Positions 8,300 to 15,429 of a stretch of DNA of 20,000 nt are shown in pieces; within the stretch, counting starts at the first letter, position 1; the number at the start of each line of letters is the position of its first letter. The notes beneath the pieces were generated by a model, which was given only the letters and a program-made list of their open reading frames with translations, was not told where the DNA came from and did no database searches. The position numbers and the translations under genes were made by a program. This DNA comes from an uncultured virus (IMG/VR IMGVR_UViG_3300033141_004351) (Duplodnaviria > Heunggongvirae > Uroviricota > Caudoviricetes), in IMG/VR virus record IMGVR_UViG_3300033141_004351; one strand, 5' to 3'.

Positions 8300-9144
8300 A
8301 AAACGTTGGGCCTTCAGATGGCAACATCTGTAGCAAATCCCTTTAATTCAGTGAAACTCCTAACGTAAAGACGAGGACAATACTGAGCGAAGCATGAAAC
8401 GATACGGAATCATATATAGGATTAAAAACAGGGTGAATGGTAAATCTTATTTTGGCCAGACTACCCAGGGTATAGCTCGCCGAAAAGGTGAGCATATTTA
8501 TCGTTTTAAATCCAAAGAGCGTGACCATAAGATATATTTAGCTTTTAAAAAATATGGTCTGGACGCATTTGATTTTCAAGTGTTTTGTAGTTGTTTCGAC
8601 CAAGACGGTTTAAACACTACAGAAACGGCGATGATCAAAGAGTATGATACCTATCAAAACGGTTATAATATGACAATAGGTGGAGATTTTGTGAGTGATG
8701 AAACCAGGGAAAAGCTCAGAAAGATATTTACTGGGCGCAAGATTACCTGGGGACAAAAAATTTCAAAATCTAAAAAAGGGGTTCCAACCGGCAGAAATAT
8801 GTCGGGTCGAAAAAGTCCCCGCCACAAAACCTTTATTATTACTGATCCCAATGGCGTTGAGCATGTTGCAATGGGATTAAGGCAATTTTGTCGGAGATGG
8901 AAACGCGACAAATTATTCCACAACAATCTATTGCAAGTAGCGATGGGTCGATGGAACCATTATAAAGGTTATAAATGCCGTTATCATGAACGTGCAACGA
9001 CTATTCCGCAAGGAAGTACGGCCAAGTGGCTGGAAACGGGGGAGGCCCTGAAACGGGCTGTGATATAGTCTGATCTGCATGGAAACATGCAGCTGCCGAA
9101 AGGCGGGGCAAGATTAGAGCGAATTTGCCTGAACATTATCAATG
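8300..9144 (+). mobile_element. Self-splicing group I intron (IA2-like, 845 nt) in the major capsid gene
   Basis: P1 GGCCU(8295-99)/GGGCC(8308-12) with U.G at the 5' splice site. P10 AACGUU(8302-07)/GGCGUU(9145-50). P2 CAGAUG-GCAA-CAUCUG. P3 UCCCUU(8338-43)/GGGGGA(9038-43). P4 UUCAGUG(8347-53)/UACUGAG(8381-87). R element GUGCAACGACUA and S element UGAUAUAGUC give P7 GACUA(8999-9003)/UAGUC(9066-70). P7.1 UUCC-GCAA-GGAA, P7.2, P8 GCCC..GGGC, P9 CUGCAUG-GAAA-CAUGCAG, P9.1 CUGCC-GAAA-GGCGG and P9.2 are present. Terminal omega-G at 9144. Confidence 0.93.
8394..9068 (+). CDS. Intron-encoded GIY-YIG homing endonuclease
   Basis: GIIY-x10-YFGQT variant of GIY-YIG, with the conserved Arg (ARRKGEH), Glu (LNTTE) and GYN motif. 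Followed by a basic NUMOD-like DNA-binding region (SDETREKLRK, KISKSKKG). Inserted in the P6 loop of the intron. Confidence 0.92.
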   Translation: MKRYGIIYRIKNRVNGKSYFGQTTQGIARRKGEHIYRFKSKERDHKIYLAFKKYGLDAFDFQVFCSCFDQDGLNTTETAMIKEYDTYQNGYNMTIGGDFVSDETREKLRKIFTGRKITWGQKISKSKKGVPTGRNMSGRKSPRHKTFIITDPNGVEHVAMGLRQFCRRWKRDKLFHNNLLQVAMGRWNHYKGYKCRYHERATTIPQGSTAKWLETGEALKRAVI

Positions 9145-10008
9145 GGCGTTAACAAATGGTACGGGCTTGCCTATTCTGAGTATCCGACAGAATTTACGGA
9201 GATCTTTGACGAGGAGCAATCCCAACTGGCCTTTGAGGAAGACGTAGGAATTTCGTCTTTTGGTCTGGCCCAAGAGAAACCTGAAGGACGAGGGACAGCT
9301 TACGACGACGCTCGTCAGGGTTTCATTGATAGATATGTTCATGGGACCTACAGTTTAGGTTTCATCATCACACGAGAGATGTGGGAAGATGGGATCGCGG
9401 GGACTGTGGCATTGAAAAGAGCCAGGGCTTTGGCGTTTTCAATCCGCCAAACCAAGGAAATACTGGGTGCGAATATCCTCAATCGCGCCTTTAACTCGGA
9501 TTATGTTTTCGGTGATGGTGTAGAGATGATTTCTACCCTGCATCCCAATGTAGCGGGAGGCGTGTGGTCGAATGAATTGGAAACACCGGCTGATTTATCT
9601 GAAGCTGCACTTGAGCAAGCGTGCATTGATATTGCCAATTTCACTAATGATCGAGGTCTTCGGATTGCTGTACGGCCAATGAAGTTGGTCGTGGCTGTGG
9701 ATAATACTTTTGAGTCCACCAGAATCCTGAGATCTGAACTGCGTGTGACATCGGCAGACAATGACATCAACGCAATTCGTGCGTTGGGTATGATCCCAGA
9801 AGTGGTTATTAATCATTATCTTACCGACCAGGATAGTTGGTATATCAAAACAGATTGCCCAGACGGTTTGAAGTATTTTAACCGTCGAAGCGACGAGTTT
9901 GATACCGATAATGATTTTGATACCGAGAACGCCCGTTTCAAATCTACATTCAGGGCTTCCTGGGGCGCTTCCGACAAGCGTGGTATATACGGATCTGCTG
10001 GCGCTTAA
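9145..10008 (+). CDS. Major capsid protein, exon 2 (spliced product 302 aa)
   Basis: Motifs FEEDVGISSFGLAQEKPEG, YSLGFIIT.E..ED, LAFSIRQTKE..GANILNRAF, DLSEAALEQA.I.I..F.NDRG, NHYLTD.D.W.I.TD.P.G and DFDT.N..FK..R.S.G.SD.RG.YGS.GA are characteristic of an HK97-fold (Mu gpT-like) MCP family. The ATG at 9142 has no RBS. Confidence 0.92.
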   Translation, partial: GVNKWYGLAYSEYPTEFTEIFDEEQSQLAFEEDVGISSFGLAQEKPEGRGTAYDDARQGFIDRYVHGTYSLGFIITREMWEDGIAGTVALKRARALAFSIRQTKEILGANILNRAFNSDYVFGDGVEMISTLHPNVAGGVWSNELETPADLSEAALEQACIDIANFTNDRGLRIAVRPMKLVVAVDNTFESTRILRSELRVTSADNDINAIRALGMIPEVVINHYLTDQDSWYIKTDCPDGLKYFNRRSDEFDTDNDFDTENARFKSTFRASWGASDKRGIYGSAGA

Positions 10009-10028
10009 AAACCGCCTGTGGCTAAAAT

Positions 10029-10103
10029 AGGGGTTGTGGCCTGTGCTGCAACCTCTTGCCCAGGACAGGTTTAGGTTCTTGCGCTCCTTGCCCATCCTGG
10101 GCA
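10029..10103 (+). other. Tandem RNA hairpins downstream of the MCP stop
   Basis: AGGGGUUGUGGC(10029-40)/GCUGCAACCUCU(10045-56) forms a 12-bp stem with G.U pairs. It is followed directly by UGCCCAGGA(10057-65)/UCCUGGGCA(10095-103). No adjacent U-tract. Confidence 0.7.
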
Positions 10104-10139
10104 CTTACACTATAACTGTTTTTAAAACGGAGAATACTC

Positions 10140-10745
10140 ATGCGTCCGAAACAAATAAATTTCGATACGCTTGCCAATGATACTGATTACCTGGCATCCT
10201 CACAGCAATTAGCAGCTGCCGGTTATCTTGCACTGCTTCCTGCGGCAGCCGGAAAATTTATACCGCAAAAGGTCACGCTTACATCCGCTGGCAATATCGC
10301 AACGGTTGTATTTACTATTGTTGGTCTGGGTCAAAACGGTGAACCTCAAACAGAGGACATCACTGGTATAAATGGTAATACTGTAGCGTCCACGCTTTAT
10401 TACACTGCGATTACTTCTATCTATGGAGACGCTGGTACAGGTGCAAGTAGTGTTGAGGCTGGTATCAATGGTATAGCGAGTTTTATATATCCTGTAGACC
10501 CATATTGCCACGGCAATCGGATAATGGTCAGCGGTACTTTTGTTGCCACCTACACAGTGTTTTGGTCAAACCAAAAGATCCTGGCTGGAGAAACACCCGT
10601 TTGGGTGGCTGAAGCCGATCAAACCGACAAGACTGGTGTAACCGGATTGCATTACGATGGTGGTATCACAGCGTTTAAATATGAGATAACCGCTTATACC
10701 AGTGGTGCGCCGGTATTTTCGCATAGTGACCAAAAGTCTGTATAA
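10140..10745 (+). CDS. Putative virion structural protein
   Basis: GGAG RBS. T/G/A-rich with the motif VTLTSAGN....FTIVG..QNG....E.I.G.N...V. First gene after the MCP. Confidence 0.65.
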   Translation: MRPKQINFDTLANDTDYLASSQQLAAAGYLALLPAAAGKFIPQKVTLTSAGNIATVVFTIVGLGQNGEPQTEDITGINGNTVASTLYYTAITSIYGDAGTGASSVEAGINGIASFIYPVDPYCHGNRIMVSGTFVATYTVFWSNQKILAGETPVWVAEADQTDKTGVTGLHYDGGITAFKYEITAYTSGAPVFSHSDQKSV

Positions 10746-10761
10746 CCTATGGGGGTAAGCC

Positions 10762-11586
10762 GTGACAAGACACACCGACAGGGAGTATTATCCTGGCGAC
10801 CACCTGGTTATCTGCGACCGTTGCGGATTCAAACATTACCGGTCTCAATGCCGTAAGGAATGGCAGGGCTGGTTAGTTTGTAACAGCTGCTGGGAACCAC
10901 GTCATCCACAGGATATAACGCCACCATATCGTCTGGATCGTCAGTGGGTAGATGATGGTCGTCCAAGGCCGATAGACGATTTTGATACGCTGTCTAATGA
11001 AGTCTGGACTGTTCAGGACTGGACTACCTATATTGAAACCGATCCCAATAGCCGCCTGACGGTGGCTGCCAACCAGGTAGACCTTGCCTTAAATCAAAAT
11101 GCTGATGCCAGGATTTTCAAAAATTTTGGAAAAGACTTTTTTACCGACCGTTTTGGTTTCCGGATTACACTAAATGCCACCCATGCCGGAGGGGCTCTTT
11201 CGGGCCTAATGGACCTTTTACGTCTAACTGACGAAGTGGCAAATCCATCCGCACCGACTATTTATCTTCAGGCCAGCATCAATGATACCCCTGATATTGA
11301 CTTAGGTCTTTATGCTGGGGGGACAATCCAGAGTCAGATTACCGGTCTCTTTACCGGTGTCGATCTTTTCATTGAGCTAACCTTTGACAACGGTCAATTT
11401 ACACTAACCCTTTATACAGATGGCACCTACACAACAATCCTGCAACAGTCTACGGCTGATTGGTCGTGGGGCTATCGTTATTATGATTATTTGTTTTCAC
11501 CTGGATTTTTCAGTTTAGGTGTGGACGAGCTTCAGGCCAATGCGACCGTAACCAACATGCAGGTCAGAAGCATTACCTTGGTTTAA
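10762..11586 (+). CDS. Putative virion protein: N-terminal Cys4 Zn-finger-like domain fused to a beta-sandwich-like domain
   Basis: GTG start after GGGG. ICDRCGFK...RKEW.G..VCNSCWEPRHPQ...RP.P in the first ~70 aa, then ~200 aa of aromatic, beta-rich sequence. Confidence 0.65.
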   Translation: MTRHTDREYYPGDHLVICDRCGFKHYRSQCRKEWQGWLVCNSCWEPRHPQDITPPYRLDRQWVDDGRPRPIDDFDTLSNEVWTVQDWTTYIETDPNSRLTVAANQVDLALNQNADARIFKNFGKDFFTDRFGFRITLNATHAGGALSGLMDLLRLTDEVANPSAPTIYLQASINDTPDIDLGLYAGGTIQSQITGLFTGVDLFIELTFDNGQFTLTLYTDGTYTTILQQSTADWSWGYRYYDYLFSPGFFSLGVDELQANATVTNMQVRSITLV

Positions 11587-11596
11587 AGGAGAAGTT

Positions 11597-12301
11597 ATGG
11601 CACTTACAATCGATCCGCTGGAGTTCATGCCGAATATCGCTCCGGCTTTTAACCTTGCACCGACTGCGATCATCAGATCATGGATTATAGAAGCGTGCCG
11701 TAAATTCTGTTGGGAAAGCTTACTGTGGCGCGAACAGGTCGATCCTGTTTCTGTGGTGGCTGCTCAGGCTTTTTACGATCTGACCGACGATGCTATTGTT
11801 TTGGAAGGTACCAGCACCCAGGTTAATTCCATCGCTGACATTGTTTCGTTGGAACACATAGAGCTGGCTCAAATTGATCTTGAGACTTCCTCAGAGCGAT
11901 ATCTCGACGAGAACGAGCGCGGATGGAGGCAGAGAGTAGAGTCGAGGCCCAGGCGCTTCATAATGGACGCAAAGAGGCAATTGCGACTGGTTTATATACC
12001 TACTCAGGCTATTGCTGATGGCCTGGATATGTGGTTGACATTAATGCCGGCAAGATCAGCTACCTTAATTGAACAGTTTATTTATGATGATTACCGGCTG
12101 GCCATCGAGAATTGCGCTATGGCCTTTATGCTTGAAATGCCGGGGGTGCCCTGGAGTGATCCGAAAGGGGCTCTGTTTTACTGGACTAAATGGGAGATGT
12201 ATATGGAAGATGCCACGGATAAGAAGACATCCGGCTATACTGATCATCAGGCATCATATTATTTCCAACCGGACCATCGAAGCGCATCCGGTGGTGTGTA
12301 G
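11597..12301 (+). CDS. Putative head-tail adaptor / tail tubular protein A-like
   Basis: AAGGAG RBS. Motifs F.P.I.P.....P, A...FC..S..WR, L.L..IP, L.P.R.A, L.MPG.PWSDP..A..Y. Post-capsid position. Confidence 0.65.
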   Translation: MALTIDPLEFMPNIAPAFNLAPTAIIRSWIIEACRKFCWESLLWREQVDPVSVVAAQAFYDLTDDAIVLEGTSTQVNSIADIVSLEHIELAQIDLETSSERYLDENERGWRQRVESRPRRFIMDAKRQLRLVYIPTQAIADGLDMWLTLMPARSATLIEQFIYDDYRLAIENCAMAFMLEMPGVPWSDPKGALFYWTKWEMYMEDATDKKTSGYTDHQASYYFQPDHRSASGGV

Positions 12302-12312
12302 GATAATCTTTA

Positions 12313-15219
12313 ATGGCAGATTGTAAAATACCGGAAATACCGTTTCCTTCAGGCGTTGAGCAGAACCTGCAACGCATATTGTCTCCGATCAAAGAGACCT
12401 TGGATATTTGGGCTGGTCGGATCGGGGATCCGTTGTGCCGGGCAATTACTGTTGAAGATCTGCTGGACGAAGCCGTTACTGTAAACATTATTGGTTCGGG
12501 AGGGAGTGGTGGTACTGATTCTAATGCCATCCACGACAATGTGGCTGGTGAGATCTCAGCGATTGCGCTAAAATCTACTCCGGTATCTGCGGATCTACTT
12601 CTTATAGAAGACTCCGCAGTTTCTTTTGCCAAAAAGCACATTACTGTCGGATCAATTAGTGCTGGCGGTGGAACCACCTTTATGGTTTCCGCAAACGACA
12701 CTACGCCTGGATACCTGGAAGATAAACTTATTGTTTCTCATGGTGCAAACAGCGCAAATCCGCTTGAACTGTCTACCTTAAATGATGGTGCTGATGAAGA
12801 TCGGCAGCTTCAATTTGATGAAGCCAAGGTTGACCATGATCAACTTCTCAACTTTTTAGCCGCAGAACATATTGATTGGGCCGTAACTGGTGGTGAAGAT
12901 ATCCATGTTGATCGAATTACAGCAGCTGCCGTCACCCAGCACGTTGGTTCAATCAACCATGATAGCCTACTTAATACTCACAATCTTACCACCGATATTG
13001 ATCACGATCAGCTTGATAATTTTGAGTCGGGTGAACACACCGATGCCATGGTAAAGATTTCTTCCAATGATTCTACGCCCGGCTATCTTGAAGACAAGGT
13101 GGTGGTTTCTGATGGTGCGAATACAACCTATATCCTTGAGCTATCTACCTTAAATGATGGTGGAAATGAGGACATTCAGATCCAGATCGATGAAGCTAAA
13201 ATCAACCATGCTAATTTATTAAATCTTACCACCGGGGATCCCCACACTCAATATCAGTTAGAATCCGAAAAAAGCGCTGCAAGCGGCTATGCTTCTTTAG
13301 ACGCTTCAGTTTTGGTGCCGACTGCTGAGCTGGGTACCGGATCAGCCAGTTCGGCTAACTTTTTAAGAGGGGACCAGACCTGGGCAGCAGCAGCTGGCGG
13401 GGATGTGTCTAAGGATGGGACACCGGTAGATGATCAGGTGGGAGTCTGGACTGGTGATGGTACCATTGAAGGTACGGTTGGGCTTACATATGATGGGACC
13501 GCATTAGACATAACTGGCAACATTACCTTGTCGGGTACGGTTGACGGAATAGACATAGCCACAGATGTTGCAGCTAATACGCTAAAAGACACCAATGCAG
13601 ACCATACCGGAGAGGTAACGGGAAGCGGGGCTCTTGCGCTTGACAACACTTCAATCAGTAACAGAGATATAGTAACTGCACTTGGCTCAGACTATGTGCT
13701 GATAGGAGATTCAAGCGATTCCGACAATCTGAAGCGTGCTTTAATATCTGATTTTGCGAGTGCCGGTGGAGATATGGCTGCCGCTACATATGATCCAGAT
13801 ACAATCGCAGCTGACTGTTTTGATATGGATAATATGGTTGAAGGGACAACCACAAAAATTCTAACAGATACAGAACGTACCGATATAGCAACAAACACTT
13901 CTGCAAGGCATACCCAGGGCACAGATACAACTCTTGGCACTATGACGGCTGATATTGATATGAATAGTTTATATCAGATTGTAAATTTACAAGCCCCTGC
14001 CACCATCGGTGAAGCCATTAGACAAACAGCCAATATTACCGAAGCAAACTTAGAAACCTTAACCGACAATTCAATTGCCAACACACTTCACAGACATTCT
14101 GAACTTGTTGCAAGTGACGGTGCCCCTGATCCTGCTTTCAGTATTGACGCTACAGGTTTAGCTTCGTTTCCTGCCGGAACAGGAATAAACGAATTTTCAA
14201 CAGACGGAACATTAGCTGGTGATTCAGATGATGCGGTTCCAACTGAAAAGGCAGTTAAAACCTATGTAGATGGAGCTGCTGGTGGAGACTTGCCCAATAT
14301 TCTTATCAATCAAAACTTTTCTATCTGGCAAGAGAATACAACTTTTACTAATCCTGCAAATGGTGTCTATACGGCTGATGGATATTATGTTAATAGTACT
14401 GCTGGTGGGGGAACTATCCCAACTATAAATGTAAAGAAAAATACCTCTGCTATGGAAACAGGGTTTGCTCAATGTTGTGAATGGGAAATTACAAATGTTG
14501 GTTCAGCGGGGACAACACGATCTTGGTCATACAGACAAAAAATTGAAGATTTTGAAAAATATCGGGGGAAGACTGTAACTTTTTCAATTAGGATTAAAGC
14601 GTCAACTGCGATAGCCTTAACTGTCGCCAGAATATTAATGTGGGATGGGGTGAGCGCAAGTAGCACCACTATATCATCTGTAACAACTTCCTGGGTAACA
14701 TATTCAACAACCTTAACCGTAGATAATAATGCAACTGGATTAGAATTGCGAGGTTTTGATGTTATTGCTTTAACAGGTACAATCTCCACAACGGGGTCAA
14801 TATACGTCCAGTGGATGAAACTCGAACTTGGTTCAGTTGCTACAGCTTTAATTCCAAGAAATACAGGTGAGGATTTAAGGCTTTGTCAGAGATATTACCA
14901 GAAAAGTTATTTACAAGCGACTGCCGTTGGGGCAGCAACAACTGTTGGCTCCACACATACTTATTTAACGGGTGTGGCAAGTTCAAATTATTCAATGTAT
15001 TTTAATGTTCGGCTGTTTTCTGTTATGAAGGCTGCTCCAACTGTAACCATTTGGGATGTTGCTGGTAACTCCGGCAAGGTTACGATGTCGGCAGGAGACG
15101 ATATCATTGGTTCTGCTACAGGAATATCAGACTCTTGTTTTCTTGTGACAGCTACAAATGGAGCTGTTGCGACAGACAGGAAATTGACGTTTCAGTGGGT
15201 GGCAGTTTCAAGGATATAG
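12313..15219 (+). CDS. Tail fibre / receptor-binding protein (968 aa)
   Basis: N-terminal anchor (IPEIP...IKETLDIWAGRIGD...RAIT..DL), HD-containing repeats, GDPHTQY, GYASLD and FSTDGTLAGDSDDAVPTEKAVKTYVD fibre motifs. C-terminal domain runs NILINQNFSIWQ...KLELGSVAT...LRLCQRYYQKSY (carbohydrate-binding-like). Confidence 0.85.
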   Translation: MADCKIPEIPFPSGVEQNLQRILSPIKETLDIWAGRIGDPLCRAITVEDLLDEAVTVNIIGSGGSGGTDSNAIHDNVAGEISAIALKSTPVSADLLLIEDSAVSFAKKHITVGSISAGGGTTFMVSANDTTPGYLEDKLIVSHGANSANPLELSTLNDGADEDRQLQFDEAKVDHDQLLNFLAAEHIDWAVTGGEDIHVDRITAAAVTQHVGSINHDSLLNTHNLTTDIDHDQLDNFESGEHTDAMVKISSNDSTPGYLEDKVVVSDGANTTYILELSTLNDGGNEDIQIQIDEAKINHANLLNLTTGDPHTQYQLESEKSAASGYASLDASVLVPTAELGTGSASSANFLRGDQTWAAAAGGDVSKDGTPVDDQVGVWTGDGTIEGTVGLTYDGTALDITGNITLSGTVDGIDIATDVAANTLKDTNADHTGEVTGSGALALDNTSISNRDIVTALGSDYVLIGDSSDSDNLKRALISDFASAGGDMAAATYDPDTIAADCFDMDNMVEGTTTKILTDTERTDIATNTSARHTQGTDTTLGTMTADIDMNSLYQIVNLQAPATIGEAIRQTANITEANLETLTDNSIANTLHRHSELVASDGAPDPAFSIDATGLASFPAGTGINEFSTDGTLAGDSDDAVPTEKAVKTYVDGAAGGDLPNILINQNFSIWQENTTFTNPANGVYTADGYYVNSTAGGGTIPTINVKKNTSAMETGFAQCCEWEITNVGSAGTTRSWSYRQKIEDFEKYRGKTVTFSIRIKASTAIALTVARILMWDGVSASSTTISSVTTSWVTYSTTLTVDNNATGLELRGFDVIALTGTISTTGSIYVQWMKLELGSVATALIPRNTGEDLRLCQRYYQKSYLQATAVGAATTVGSTHTYLTGVASSNYSMYFNVRLFSVMKAAPTVTIWDVAGNSGKVTMSAGDDIIGSATGISDSCFLVTATNGAVATDRKLTFQWVAVSRI
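12682..13224 (+). repeat. Internal in-frame duplication in the tail fibre (12682-12852 and 13054-13224)
   Basis: SANDTTPGYLEDKLIVSHGAN..LELSTLNDG.DED.Q.Q.DEAKVDH versus SSNDSTPGYLEDKVVVSDGAN..LELSTLNDG.NED.Q.Q.DEAKINH. An identical 19-mer TCTACCTTAAATGATGGTG occurs at 12772 and 13144 (spacing 372 nt). Confidence 0.9.
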
Positions 15220-15227
15220 GAGAAATT

Positions 15228-15413
15228 GTGGTAAAATATAAATTAACAGAAGGCGGAGTACAAAACACAGAAACAACAGCTTTTATTCCTAACGATGAAA
15301 GGAATAATGATTGGCGGGAATATCAAAATTGGCTTAAGGGGCTGGATGTAGATGGCAAAGATTTAGGAACGGGAAAAAATACACCGGAAAAACTTGAAGT
15401 TATAGAACAATAA
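15228..15413 (+). CDS. Putative tail fibre assembly chaperone / fibre-associated small protein (61 aa)
   Basis: AGGAG RBS overlaps the fibre stop, with an in-frame GTG at 15228. The motif YKLT..GV......FIP.D..N.DW.EY..WL is typical of genes following this class of fibre C-terminus. Confidence 0.7.
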   Translation: MVKYKLTEGGVQNTETTAFIPNDERNNDWREYQNWLKGLDVDGKDLGTGKNTPEKLEVIEQ

Positions 15414-15429
15414 TCAGGGAGTTAAAAAT

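Noticed and set aside
6920..8377. Shared 10-mer CGTAAAGACG in a small hairpin at 6920-6933 and in intron P5 (8364-8373)
   Set aside because: Many 10-mer matches are expected by chance in 20 kb. Only two copies were seen and they share no promoter-like context.
9142..10008. MCP starting at ATG 9142 as given by the ORF track
   Set aside because: No RBS, and the ATG is the intron's last three nucleotides. The true start at 8255 has a strong RBS and splices in frame.
12682..13224. Possible diversity-generating retroelement template/variable repeat pair
   Set aside because: Both copies are in frame within the fibre shaft, differences are not adenine-specific, they are not at the C-terminus, and no reverse transcriptase is present in the window.
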